Of a stretch of 64,000 nucleotides of DNA, positions 45,587 through 54,764 are shown piece after piece. Position 1 is the first letter of the stretch; each line of letters starts with the position of its first letter. The notes below the pieces were generated by a model. The model did not search any database, was not told the origin of the DNA, and saw nothing but the letters and a program-made list of their open reading frames with translations. The DNA comes from an uncultured Pseudomonadota bacterium. GTDB lineage: Bacteria > Pseudomonadota > Gammaproteobacteria > Burkholderiales > Burkholderiaceae_E. A program made the translations under genes and the position numbers. The stretch is taken from assembly GCA_963844195.1 (NCBI GenBank), contig CAWJNC010000004.1, forward strand, positions 1,289,589-1,353,588, in the 5' to 3' direction.

Positions 45587-46621
45587 ATGCTGCATCAACG
45601 CGCTCCGCTGCGACTAGCCTTCTGCGTCGTTCTGGCAACACTGCTTAATGCATGTGGCTCCGGAGGAGACGACGCTGGCGGCGATACCTCGTCCATCGCG
45701 AGTGATGACCCCCGACGTGGACTCGTGGCTGAGTCGCCGCTGCAGGCGAGCACTGCCTCGATCACCTCTTCGAAATTCCTTGCCGACGCAGGATTGGCCG
45801 GGGGGATTGTTCGCCCGCGGCTGGGTGACATCGCCACCCGGTTCGGAAATCGGACGTTTCTCCGCGTCAATCGAGGGCAGCCCTTCGAAGGCATCGAAGC
45901 GCATAAGCCGACGATTGTCTTGACCCACGGATGGCAGCCATTTCCGGAGTTGTCATACGGCGATACGCCATCGCTGTTCGACGAACTTACGGCCGGCTGG
46001 CGAGCTCGCCTTGGCGACTCGGTGAACATAGTCGAGTTCCAATGGGAGGGCGCCTACACACCATTGGTATTCGTAGCGGGAATGATGGCCGAAGTGGCTG
46101 GTCCACGACTCGCTGAAGGAGTCGCCGCCGTGCTACCGCCCGCTTATGGACAGCACATCCACCTTATAGGACATAGCCACGGCACAGTGGTGAACGCGAC
46201 GGCGCTCGATAGCCTTGCAGCATCGGGGATTCGAGTGACGCAGGTGACCATGCTCGAGGCCCCCTCGCGTTTCGGGATCGAGGAGGGCGATCAAGCAGGA
46301 GGCTACGGAGCGAATTTCTTCAATCGGATCTACGACAGGTCGACCGTTCTCTATGTCGACAATCATTTCGGCACCGGAGTTCTGGCGTTTGGATCGCCTA
46401 TTCCAGGCGCTCACAATCTGCCTTACCCCGATGCAAACCACTTGAATATCGCCCGCCGCTACGTAGACCAAATTCCGTCTGGTTCAGTGGCCTCGGTGAC
46501 TCAGTTCCCTATGGGACAGCCGCCGATTCCTCTCTACATGCCGCAGAATACCGCTGCGCTTCAGGCGCCCTATGCGGTGAGCAACCCGCTGGCCGTATCC
46601 ACGCCAGTGCCCAGTGACTAG
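45587..46621 (+). CDS. lipoprotein, lipase/esterase-like alpha/beta hydrolase
   Basis: Track ORF 45518..46621. ATG 45587 with AAGGGG upstream gives MLHQRAPLRLAFCVVLATLLNACGSGGDD (lipobox LLNAC). It has THGW and the nucleophile elbow GHSHG (IHLIGHSHGTVV). Confidence 0.55.
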   Translation: MLHQRAPLRLAFCVVLATLLNACGSGGDDAGGDTSSIASDDPRRGLVAESPLQASTASITSSKFLADAGLAGGIVRPRLGDIATRFGNRTFLRVNRGQPFEGIEAHKPTIVLTHGWQPFPELSYGDTPSLFDELTAGWRARLGDSVNIVEFQWEGAYTPLVFVAGMMAEVAGPRLAEGVAAVLPPAYGQHIHLIGHSHGTVVNATALDSLAASGIRVTQVTMLEAPSRFGIEEGDQAGGYGANFFNRIYDRSTVLYVDNHFGTGVLAFGSPIPGAHNLPYPDANHLNIARRYVDQIPSGSVASVTQFPMGQPPIPLYMPQNTAALQAPYAVSNPLAVSTPVPSD

Positions 46622-46964
46622 ACGCCCGGCTCCTCTTGTGCGAGCAATTGTCCAACGCAGCCCGCGGGCGAGCGTCACTTCGGCGGCAGGTGAGTAGAAC
46701 CGGGAGCTCCGGTTTGCCGACCAGCCCTCGATCGACGAGAAGCGAGTTCAGTCGCGAGCGACTGCGCTTGCACCGGATCCTCAGCTAGTCCATGCCACTG
46801 TCCCTTGATCCGCTCATGAAACGGTGTACGGCTGGCTGCCATTCTCGCTCCCCAAGATGATTTTCGAGAATCTTACCGGCCAAGCCCCCTCCACCAACGG
46901 CTCCCGACCCAGCGGGCATGGATGATGCGTATGGGGCTGGTGCCAACTGTTGTTTCGGAACCCC

Positions 46965-47240
46965 ATGGAGAAGCTAGAACTGCTTCAGAGAGTACAAGCG
47001 GAATTGTTGAATCACGACGAGCTCTTCGAGTTGCGGCCGCGAGTCAAGCTGTCATTCGACGAGGAGAGATTGATCGTCCATTACAGGCATCCCACTACCG
47101 GGCGGGCCGGGTCGATGGTGGCCGGCGTGGTGCGAGACGTGCAGAGGGAGGAAAGGCGAATGACTGCCGAGATCGTCCAGCGGCTGAGAGGCAGAGGCCG
47201 AAGCAAGCCGTTTGAGACTCTGATAGCACCAGAGCCGTGA
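46965..47240 (+). CDS. hypothetical small protein
   Basis: Track ORF 46950..47240 starts at a TTG. ATG 46965 gives MEKLELLQRVQAELLNHDELFELRPRVKLSFDEERLIVHYRHPTTGRAGS... No family was recognised. The region is of lower G+C. Confidence 0.35.
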   Translation: MEKLELLQRVQAELLNHDELFELRPRVKLSFDEERLIVHYRHPTTGRAGSMVAGVVRDVQREERRMTAEIVQRLRGRGRSKPFETLIAPEP

Positions 47241-47297
47241 CGCTGGAAGTCAGGGCACTTCGCAGTACACCGACGCCCTAACCGGCAGCCGCCTCGA

Positions 47298-48185
47298 TTA
47301 TGTCCTGCGCGGACATCCAGCCGTGTCGAAACCCTTCAGATAGTTGAAGAGGTCATCGATTGGACGGCCAGCGAGTTGTTCCGCATCCCGCGTCACGCGC
47401 GCGTACTCGCTCGCTCCCGCGGCCAGTCGGATCCCCACCTGAGCGTTGACGACGAAGCCGGGCAGGTTTCGTTCGGTGAGCAGCTGGGCGTATTCGGCGG
47501 CAGGCATGTCGCGCGCGGTCACTTTCATGCCCCAGGCCTGCGAGGCAAGTTCCGCCACCTCGAAGAGGTCGAACGCGGCGTTACCTGTGATCTCGGCCTC
47601 CGTGCGGCCGTCGTCGATGGTGATCGACCCGGCGGTTGCGGCAGCAACATCGGCACGGGCGATGTATGCCACTTTTCCATAGGCGCCGGGCAGGGCGAGG
47701 ACACCGGTCTTGCGTGCGAGGCCCAGCGCGGCTTCGAGGTTCTCCGCGTAGTGATTGTTGCGCAGGAATGTGCAGCGAAAGCCCATTTCACGGGCCAGGC
47801 TCTCGCTGGCTTCATGCACCTGCGCAAAAGGAAAGAGGCTGCTTGCGGTGGGGTTGGTGAAGCTCGTGTACAGCAGGCGGCGCACGCCGGCGCCGCGGGC
47901 TGCAGCGAACGCATTCTTGTGCTGCCGGATGCGCTTTTCGTTGTCACCGTGCCCGCAGATGACGAGAGCGGTTTGTGCGCCGTCAAATAGCTCGCCCAGG
48001 GATTCCGGGTGCTCAAAATCAGCTACGGCGGTGATGAAGCCCTGCTCGCGCAAGTCAACGATATTCTCTGGCGTCCTGCTGCCAAGCGTGACCTGCGCTG
48101 TCTGCACCCGCTTGCCCAGTTCATGCGCCACCGCGCGGCCGAGCTTGCCCGATGCACCCGTGATTGCGATCATGTTGCCTGCCAT
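47298..48185 (-). CDS. NmrA-like / atypical SDR NAD(P)-binding protein
   Basis: Intact 295-aa ORF: MAGNMIAITGASGKLGRAVAHEL (GxxGxxG), with an NmrA-like length and pattern. It starts immediately after the ligase stop. Confidence 0.7.
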   Translation of the reverse strand: MAGNMIAITGASGKLGRAVAHELGKRVQTAQVTLGSRTPENIVDLREQGFITAVADFEHPESLGELFDGAQTALVICGHGDNEKRIRQHKNAFAAARGAGVRRLLYTSFTNPTASSLFPFAQVHEASESLAREMGFRCTFLRNNHYAENLEAALGLARKTGVLALPGAYGKVAYIARADVAAATAGSITIDDGRTEAEITGNAAFDLFEVAELASQAWGMKVTARDMPAAEYAQLLTERNLPGFVVNAQVGIRLAAGASEYARVTRDAEQLAGRPIDDLFNYLKGFDTAGCPRRT

Positions 48186-49712
48186 TCAGCGCTCTGGCGG
48201 GGGCCCGTACTGCGCCCGCAGGATGTTCTTCTGTATCTTGCCGATAGCTGTCTTTGGGAAGTCGTCCACCAGCTTGATGAAGCGAGGCCGTTTGAATCTG
48301 GCCAGGCGCTGGGCGCAGTAGTCGATCAGTTCAACTTCGGTTGCGCTTCTCCCGGGCTTGAGCTGCACGTGAGCAGCGGGTAGCTCGCCCCAGACGGGGT
48401 CGGGGGTCCCGAAGACGGCACATTCAGCCACGGCCTCGTGGTCGTAGAGGATGTTCTCGATCTCCTTGGGATAGATGTTCTCGCCGCCGGAGATGATCAT
48501 GTCCTTGGACCGGTCCACCAGCCGCAGGAAGCCGTCGCTATCGACGACCGCGAGGTCGCCGCTCCAGGCCCAGCCGTGCGCATGGAACGCGCGAGTCTGC
48601 TCGGGTTCGGCGTAGTACTCCAGCATCACGTTCTCGCCGCGCGCGCAGATTTCGCCCACCTCACCCACGGCCACCGGCCGGCCTTGACGATTCAAGACGG
48701 CGAGATCGGCGTTGTAGGCCTGACGGCCGACGCTGCCCAGCTTGGCAGGCAAGTCTTCATGCTTGAGCACCGCAACGATGCCCATCTCGGACTGACCATA
48801 GAACTGGGTCAGCCGAACCCGTGGCAGCTTCTCGATCACGGTGCGCTGGACCCAATCAGGCATGGGCGCACCTGAGAAGTTCAGTTTCTTCCAAGTGGCG
48901 TAGTCTTCCGCGGCGAAGGCCGGATCCGATATCACCATGCTGACCTGGGTCGGAACCATGAATGCGGCCGTAATGCCATGTTGCCTGCACAGCTGCGCGA
49001 ACTGGCCGGGCTCCCACTTCGCAAGCAGCACCACCGTCGCGCCAACCAGCACCGCGGGCTGGAGCATGATGTTCAGGGCAGCCACGTGGAACAGCGGGGT
49101 CACGATGGCGACCACGTCGTCTTCCTGGATCCGGCTCTCGACGACGACCGTGTGCGCCGTGACTGCTCGGGCGCGGTGGCTGGCGAGCACGCCTTTGGGG
49201 CGGCCGGTCGTTCCGCCGGTATACGTCATGCAGAACGGATCGTCTTCACCAATTTCAAAGACGGGATCCGTATCGGGGTGGCCCGCTAAAAGTTGCGTCC
49301 AGGACGGGGCGCCGTCCGAAACGGCCCCGATCCTGAAAGCGTGTCGCAGGCGAGACAGCTGCCGAGCGGCAGCCGCCACTTTCTCGGCGAAGGCATCCTC
49401 GTACAGCAACACCTCCACGTCGGCCTTGTCCAGGACGTACACGAGCTCCTCTGCAGAGTACAGCACCGACACATTGACGAGCACGCATCCGCTGCGCGAG
49501 GCGCCGAAGAAGGCTGTGACGTACTCGGGACGATTGCGGCTGAGAATGGCGACCTTCGCACCCTTCTCGAGTCCGAGGGCACGCAGACCATGCGCCACCT
49601 GGTTGGCCTGCGCATCGAGCTCGCTGTACGACATCCGTTGGTCCTGCCAGATCACGGCAGGTTTCCCCGGAAAGCGTTGCGCCGACCGGCGCAGCATGTC
49701 ACCTGTGAGCAT
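48186..49712 (-). CDS. AMP-dependent acyl-CoA synthetase/ligase
   Basis: Intact 508-aa ORF. The AMP-binding signature MTYTGGTTGRPKGV is present, along with the YGQSE, GEICARGENVMLEYY and SGGENIYPKEIE blocks. Confidence 0.85.
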   Translation of the reverse strand: MLTGDMLRRSAQRFPGKPAVIWQDQRMSYSELDAQANQVAHGLRALGLEKGAKVAILSRNRPEYVTAFFGASRSGCVLVNVSVLYSAEELVYVLDKADVEVLLYEDAFAEKVAAAARQLSRLRHAFRIGAVSDGAPSWTQLLAGHPDTDPVFEIGEDDPFCMTYTGGTTGRPKGVLASHRARAVTAHTVVVESRIQEDDVVAIVTPLFHVAALNIMLQPAVLVGATVVLLAKWEPGQFAQLCRQHGITAAFMVPTQVSMVISDPAFAAEDYATWKKLNFSGAPMPDWVQRTVIEKLPRVRLTQFYGQSEMGIVAVLKHEDLPAKLGSVGRQAYNADLAVLNRQGRPVAVGEVGEICARGENVMLEYYAEPEQTRAFHAHGWAWSGDLAVVDSDGFLRLVDRSKDMIISGGENIYPKEIENILYDHEAVAECAVFGTPDPVWGELPAAHVQLKPGRSATEVELIDYCAQRLARFKRPRFIKLVDDFPKTAIGKIQKNILRAQYGPPPER

Positions 49713-49723
49713 GACCCTCTTCC

Positions 49724-50887
49724 TCAGGCCTTGCCGCGGCTGAGCGCGTGGCCGATACGCATCTTCATCAACTCGTTGGGCCCGTCCACCAGCATGGTCA
49801 CCCGGGCGTCGCGCAAAAGGCGCTCGATGTGGTACTGGCGGTAGTTGCCGTAGGCTCCGAACATCTGCATCGCGTCACTCGTGACTTTCAAGGCCATCTC
49901 TGAAACCTGGAGTTTCACCATAGCGCAATACTTGCCGACTTCCGCGCTGGTGATATCGTCCAGCGTGTCCATCCAGCGCGCCACCTGGTAGACCAGCGCG
50001 CGCGAGGTTTCGATCTGCGTCTGCATTTCCGCAAGCTTGAACATCAGGGCCTGGTGCTCGATCAGCGGCTTACCAAAGGTATGCCGCTCCTTCGATCGTG
50101 CCAGTGCGAGGTCGAAAGCGCCCTGGGCGATGCCCAATGCCTGGGTGCCACCGCCCAGCCGTCCGACATTCAGAGCCTGCGCAAAAATCTTCAGGCCCCC
50201 GCCTTCCTCGCCCAGTAGCTGGATCCCGGGTACGCGCACGTCCTTCATGAAGACATCGGCGGGGGGGAGCTGCCGGTATCCCATGAGTTCGTCCACTTCG
50301 CCGGTGGAGAGACCCGGCGTACCCTTGTGAATGAGGAAAGCCGAGATGCCCTTGGTGCCCTTGCTGCGGTCGGTAATGGCGAAGACCAGGTACATGCCGG
50401 CCGCGGCGGCCAGCGAAGCAATTCTCTTGTGACCGTTGATGACCCAGCCGTCGCCTTCGCGGCGTGCTTCGGTCTGCATCTTGGCGAGGTCCGCGCCCGT
50501 GGTGGGCTCGGTGATCGCGATGCAGGTCAGGTTGCCCTCGGACATGCGCTTCATGCAGTCGTCGCGCAGCGCGGCGTCCCTCGCGTTGGTGAAAATAAGA
50601 TAGGAGCAAGCCTCGTGCGACACGATGTTGGCAAAGCCGCCGTCGACCTTTGCGATCTCTTCTTCGGCCAGCACGACAGCCATAAGGTCATGACCGCCGC
50701 CGCCCAGGGATTTCGGAATATGCAGGCTGAGCAGGCCGGATCTTTCCATCAAGTGGATCGCGTCCCACCATTCCTTGGAGTGGCCGGTCTGACGATCGAT
50801 GTCGCTGATGGTCCTCGAGATCTCACGGGCGACTCCGGCGGCAGTTTCGCGTACCGCAGACTGTTCGGGTGTAAACGTGTGAATCAT
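49724..50887 (-). CDS. acyl-CoA dehydrogenase
   Basis: Track ORF 49724..51070 is over-extended. ATG 50887 gives MIHTFTPEQSAVRETAAGVAREI... It has the typical ACAD blocks (ITEPTTGADL, GGTQALGIAQGAFDLA, FGAYGNY) and is 387 aa long. Confidence 0.85.
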   Translation of the reverse strand: MIHTFTPEQSAVRETAAGVAREISRTISDIDRQTGHSKEWWDAIHLMERSGLLSLHIPKSLGGGGHDLMAVVLAEEEIAKVDGGFANIVSHEACSYLIFTNARDAALRDDCMKRMSEGNLTCIAITEPTTGADLAKMQTEARREGDGWVINGHKRIASLAAAAGMYLVFAITDRSKGTKGISAFLIHKGTPGLSTGEVDELMGYRQLPPADVFMKDVRVPGIQLLGEEGGGLKIFAQALNVGRLGGGTQALGIAQGAFDLALARSKERHTFGKPLIEHQALMFKLAEMQTQIETSRALVYQVARWMDTLDDITSAEVGKYCAMVKLQVSEMALKVTSDAMQMFGAYGNYRQYHIERLLRDARVTMLVDGPNELMKMRIGHALSRGKA

Positions 50888-50903
50888 GCTTGTCTCTTTT
50901 GGT

Positions 50904-52073
50904 TCAAGAATTCGTGGTGAGGATGTGCAGTGCCACCGCGGCGGGTTCGCCGCCAATGGTGCCGCCTGCGTTGTGGGCAAGTGCGCTCCTTGCCCCTCGC
51001 ACTTGCCGTACGCCGGCCTGCCCGCGCAATTGCCATGTGAGTTCGCAAAGCTGCGCGACCCCGGTAGCACCCACGGGATGGCCGCGTGCGATGAGGCCGC
51101 CGCTCGTGTTCACCGGCAGGCGCCCGGTGAGTTCGGCGCAACCTTCGTCGGTGAAGGCCGGACCACCGCCGACCGGACAAAAGCCCAGGCGCTCGTACAT
51201 CATCAATTCGCTCGCGGCGGTCGTGTCGTGCACCTCGGCGACCGAAACGTCGTCGGCGCCGAGTCCAGCCATTGCGTAGGCTGCCCGCACTGCGTCCTCG
51301 ACGGTGCGTCCCGCCAGCGGGCCCGGCGCACCGCCGGAGCGCAGCACCGATGCCGCGATGCGGACGGGCACCTGCGCGCTATCGCGCATGAACGCTTCGG
51401 AGCAGATCACCAGTGCAGCGGCGCCATCAGTGATTGGCGAGCACATCAGGCGGGTGAGGGGCGGGGCGACCACGGGCGATGCGAGGATCTGCTCGACCGT
51501 ATAGGTATCCCTGAACTGCGCGAGTGGATTGAGCGAGGCATGCCGGCGGCTCTTGGCGGCCACCTTCGCGACATGCTCCAGCGTACCGCCCGAGGTCTCC
51601 ATATAGCGCGCCAGACGTCTGCTCGACTCCTGCAGGAAAGAGCTTTTCCCGGTCTCGCCCGCAGCGAGTTCGACGTCGTTGGCAGATGCCAGCGCGCGGA
51701 AGGAGACTTCCCGATTCTCATGGAAAAGCTTCTCGACGCCGATGACCAGGACGACATCGTGCAACCCGGAGGCCACGGCCAGCCAACCCTGGTGCACGGC
51801 GGTGGCGCCGCTGGCACAGGCATTCTCGACGTTCAACACAGGGATGCCTGTGATGCCCAGCGGGTTGAGCACCACCTGACCCCGGATGGACTCCTGCCCG
51901 GTGACGATGCCCGCCATCGAGTTGGCGCAGTAGGCGGCCTGGAGCGCGTCCTTGGGGATGCCGGCATCCGCAAGTGCGGCGTCGATGGCCTCGCGCGCGA
52001 GGTCCTTCATCGATCGTTCAAGGTGACGGCCGAAGGCCGTCATGCCAACGCCGCGAACAAAGGCTGCTCTCAT
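50904..52073 (-). CDS. thiolase-family protein (SCP-x/lipid-transfer-type acetyl-CoA acetyltransferase)
   Basis: Intact 389-aa ORF: MRAAFVRGVGMTAFGRH..., with the active-site Cys context NVENACASGATAV and the C-terminal HPVGATG / NAGG blocks. Confidence 0.8.
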   Translation of the reverse strand: MRAAFVRGVGMTAFGRHLERSMKDLAREAIDAALADAGIPKDALQAAYCANSMAGIVTGQESIRGQVVLNPLGITGIPVLNVENACASGATAVHQGWLAVASGLHDVVLVIGVEKLFHENREVSFRALASANDVELAAGETGKSSFLQESSRRLARYMETSGGTLEHVAKVAAKSRRHASLNPLAQFRDTYTVEQILASPVVAPPLTRLMCSPITDGAAALVICSEAFMRDSAQVPVRIAASVLRSGGAPGPLAGRTVEDAVRAAYAMAGLGADDVSVAEVHDTTAASELMMYERLGFCPVGGGPAFTDEGCAELTGRLPVNTSGGLIARGHPVGATGVAQLCELTWQLRGQAGVRQVRGARSALAHNAGGTIGGEPAAVALHILTTNS

Positions 52074-52076
52074 GGA

Positions 52077-52841
52077 TTACAAAGCTCTGGTGGGAGGTTG
52101 CCACTTCATCACGCGGCGTTCGAGAAGCTTCATGGCTTCGTTCATCAGAACCGCGAGCACGGCCAGGACAACGATCAGTCCGAATACCTGCGCGGTGTCG
52201 AACATGTTCGCCGCCTTGGCGATCATCTGACCCAGGCCGAACTGGCCTGCAATCATTTCCCCGACGATGGTGCCGATCAGCGCCAGGCCGATGCTGACGC
52301 GCAGGCCTGCGAAGATGAAGGTCATGGCGGAGGGAAACAGGATGCGGCGCGTGATGAATCCGCTCCTGGCACCCATGGTTCGCGCCGCATTCACCAATCC
52401 CTGATCGATCTCGCGAACGCCGGTGTAGGTGTTGAGCAGCATCACGAAGTAAACCAGCGATGCCGCCAGCGCGACCTTGGACGCTTCGCCGATGCCGAAC
52501 CAGACGAGAAACAGAGGGGCGAGCGCAACCCGCGGCAGGCTGTACAGCGCCATGATGAATGGCTCGAGGAGGCGGAAGGCCTTGGGCCAGTGTGCCAGCG
52601 CGAAGCCGGACGCGACGCCCAGCAGGCAACCGATCAGCAGGCCGAGGAGCGTCTCGCGCAGGGTGACGCCGACATTGATCCAGAAGAATCCGGTCATGAG
52701 CGCCTCGCCCAGCCAGGCAAACACGCGGGTGGGCCGGCTCATCACGAACTCCTCCACCCAACCCAGGCGCGCGACACCTTCCCAGAGCGCCAGGGCCAGG
52801 GACAGGAAGATCAGCCGGTAGAAATTGAGTGCGAGGTTCAT
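52077..52841 (-). CDS. ABC transporter permease (NitT/TauT-type)
   Basis: Track ORF 52077..53069 is over-extended. ATG 52841 (ATGA overlap with the ATPase stop) gives MNLALNFYRLIFLSLALALWEG... The EAA-loop region reads NAARTMGARSGFITRRILFPSAM. Confidence 0.8.
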   Translation of the reverse strand: MNLALNFYRLIFLSLALALWEGVARLGWVEEFVMSRPTRVFAWLGEALMTGFFWINVGVTLRETLLGLLIGCLLGVASGFALAHWPKAFRLLEPFIMALYSLPRVALAPLFLVWFGIGEASKVALAASLVYFVMLLNTYTGVREIDQGLVNAARTMGARSGFITRRILFPSAMTFIFAGLRVSIGLALIGTIVGEMIAGQFGLGQMIAKAANMFDTAQVFGLIVVLAVLAVLMNEAMKLLERRVMKWQPPTRAL

Positions 52842-53626
52842 TCGAGGTTGATCTCTTCCTTGAGCGAGCGCCAGATCCCGACGAACAGGTCGTTGTACGC
52901 CTCGTGCGTGACAATCGTTTCGATGCCGCGAGGGCGTCCTATGCGCACCTCGTACTCGTCCTTTATTCGGCCGGGGCGGGCGCTGAACAGCAGGACCCGA
53001 TCCGACAGTCCGATGGCTTCCTGCAGGTCGTGCGTGACGAAAAGAACGGTCAATCCCGTCGATTCCCACAATCGCAGCAGCTCCTCCTGCATCAGCAGCC
53101 GGGTCTGCGCATCCAGGGCGCCAAAGGGCTCATCCATCAGCAGGACCTTGGGCTGCTGTGCAAGCAGGCGCGCCAGTTGCACCCGCTTGCGCATTCCGCC
53201 GGAGAGCTGCCACGGGTAGGCATCGGCGAACTGCCCGACGCCAACCTTCTTGAGGAGCGCCATGCACAAGCCGTCATCCCTGCGGCCGACGGCCTCGAGC
53301 GGCAGGCGCACGTTCTCCAGCGCCGTGGCCCACGGCAGCAGGGTGTCCGACTGGAACATGTAGCCGACCGCAGGGTCGCCCAGGCTGATCTGCCCGCCAT
53401 CGAGCTTGCAGGCGCCGGCATCGGGCGCAACCAGGCCGGAGATCACGCTCAGCAGTGTGCTCTTGCCACAGCCGGACGGACCGACGATAGAGCAGAATTC
53501 GCCGGGTTGAATCGACAGGTCCACCTTGTCGAGCACCTGTACCCGTCCGCTCGCCCCGTTAGGCGCGGGAAACGAGAGAGTGACGCCCTCAACCTCCAGT
53601 TTGGTCGCCTGGCCGCTCACTGCCAT
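52838..53626 (-). CDS. ABC transporter ATP-binding protein (NitT/TauT-type)
   Basis: Intact 262-aa ORF. It has Walker A GPSGCGKST, the signature LSGGMRKRV and Walker B VLLMDEPF. Confidence 0.9.
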   Translation of the reverse strand: MAVSGQATKLEVEGVTLSFPAPNGASGRVQVLDKVDLSIQPGEFCSIVGPSGCGKSTLLSVISGLVAPDAGACKLDGGQISLGDPAVGYMFQSDTLLPWATALENVRLPLEAVGRRDDGLCMALLKKVGVGQFADAYPWQLSGGMRKRVQLARLLAQQPKVLLMDEPFGALDAQTRLLMQEELLRLWESTGLTVLFVTHDLQEAIGLSDRVLLFSARPGRIKDEYEVRIGRPRGIETIVTHEAYNDLFVGIWRSLKEEINLE

Positions 53627-54621
53627 TCAGTGGACAGGCGCGGGTCCACGATGTCGGCAAAGCTCACGTCGTTCTTGGTCAAGCCTGCGGCGCGGTAGAT
53701 CTTGTTCATGTGATCGACCGCTTCCTTGGTGATCAGCGGGCTGAAGGCGGGCGCCTCTATGCGGGCGATCTCCTTGAGCAGGTCCGGCGACAGCGTGGGA
53801 AACATGCGTTGCAGCGAGGCAAGCATCAGGTCCGGATTCGCGTTGATCGCGCGGCTGGCCTTTGCGATGGCGCGGGCGGCAGCCTTGGCCTTGAGCAGGT
53901 TCTCCGGCTCGGAGAGCCACTTGTCCGTGGCCTGCAGCGAACTGCCGAGCATATTCTGCAGGGATGGCGGAACATCGTCGCCGCGCAGGTCCAGGAACAC
54001 GGCGCCCGCTTTCTCTTTGCGCGTGATGTTCACGGTGGCAGGCTCCCAGGTCATTTGCGCATCGACACGGCCTGCCTGGAGCGCGGGCAGGTGAGCGTTG
54101 AGGCCACCGGTGGCCACTAGCGTCACGTCCCGGTCGGGGTCCATACCCGCGTCGCGCAGTGCGATCCTCAGGAACAAGTCGGTCAGGCTGCCGGGTGAAC
54201 TGATTCCGATGGTCTTGCCCTTGAGCGCCTTGAGGTCGCCGGGCGGGGCTGTGATCTTGTTGGATACGACCAGCGTAAAGATCGGCTTCTTCTGGAACAG
54301 CACGACGTTCTTGGCCTTGATGCCCTGGTTGGCCATCAGCAGGGTGGTTCCCACACCGCCGCCGCCCATGTCCACCGCGCCCGCGACCATCGCGCGTTCG
54401 GCTTCGGCGCCGCTGGCGAACTCGGCGATCTTGACGTCCAGGCCTTCCTGCTCGAAATAGCCGCCGTCCCGCGCCACGAACAGCACGACGGCACTGGTGG
54501 AAGGCACGACCGAAATGGTGGCGTTCCCGACCTTCTGCTGCGCCAGCACGGGGCTGACGCAAGTAGCGGTAAGGCAGGCCAGTGCGGCCGCGTGGATGAA
54601 GGTTCGCCTGACGTGATTCAT
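53617..54621 (-). CDS. ABC transporter periplasmic substrate-binding protein (NMT1/SsuA-like)
   Basis: Intact 334-aa ORF with the signal peptide MNHVRRTFIHAAALACLTATCVSPVLAQ. It is first in the operon with the permease and ATPase above. The family assignment rests on context and general pattern. Confidence 0.7.
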   Translation of the reverse strand: MNHVRRTFIHAAALACLTATCVSPVLAQQKVGNATISVVPSTSAVVLFVARDGGYFEQEGLDVKIAEFASGAEAERAMVAGAVDMGGGGVGTTLLMANQGIKAKNVVLFQKKPIFTLVVSNKITAPPGDLKALKGKTIGISSPGSLTDLFLRIALRDAGMDPDRDVTLVATGGLNAHLPALQAGRVDAQMTWEPATVNITRKEKAGAVFLDLRGDDVPPSLQNMLGSSLQATDKWLSEPENLLKAKAAARAIAKASRAINANPDLMLASLQRMFPTLSPDLLKEIARIEAPAFSPLITKEAVDHMNKIYRAAGLTKNDVSFADIVDPRLSTEWQ

Positions 54622-54666
54622 GCTGACTCCTTTGTCCTGTCTCTAAGTTTTTGCTGTTCGTGTATG

Positions 54667-54681
54667 GCGAACGGCGTTCGC
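54667..54681. promoter_or_regulatory. perfect palindrome GCGAACG-G-CGTTCGC in the divergent ABC-operon/iclR intergenic region (candidate IclR operator)
   Basis: Read directly. It is a 7-bp inverted repeat with a 1-nt spacer. It is followed by TATATTAT (54688-54695, -10-like), 46 nt from the SBP start and 84 nt from the iclR ATG. Confidence 0.5.
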
Positions 54682-54764
54682 ATTCGGTATATTATGGACC
54701 AACCTGCAGAGGCCAGCAAGGCAGGCACCGGACTGTCCATGGGTGCCAGGAAGAATGGAACGCA

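Noticed and set aside
50886-53219. Very long ORFs on the strand opposite well-supported genes. Examples are the 777-aa ORF 50886..53219(+), the 529-aa ORF 58162..59751(+), the 369-aa ORF 3358..4467(-), the 345-aa ORF 20199..21236(-) and the 336-aa ORF 39888..40898(-).
   Set aside because: These are shadow ORFs, expected in DNA with this G+C content. Their translations are Arg/Gly/Ala/Pro-rich low-complexity strings without family motifs. The opposite strand encodes proteins with clear motifs (thiolase, ABC transporter, dehydrogenase, Bug and others).
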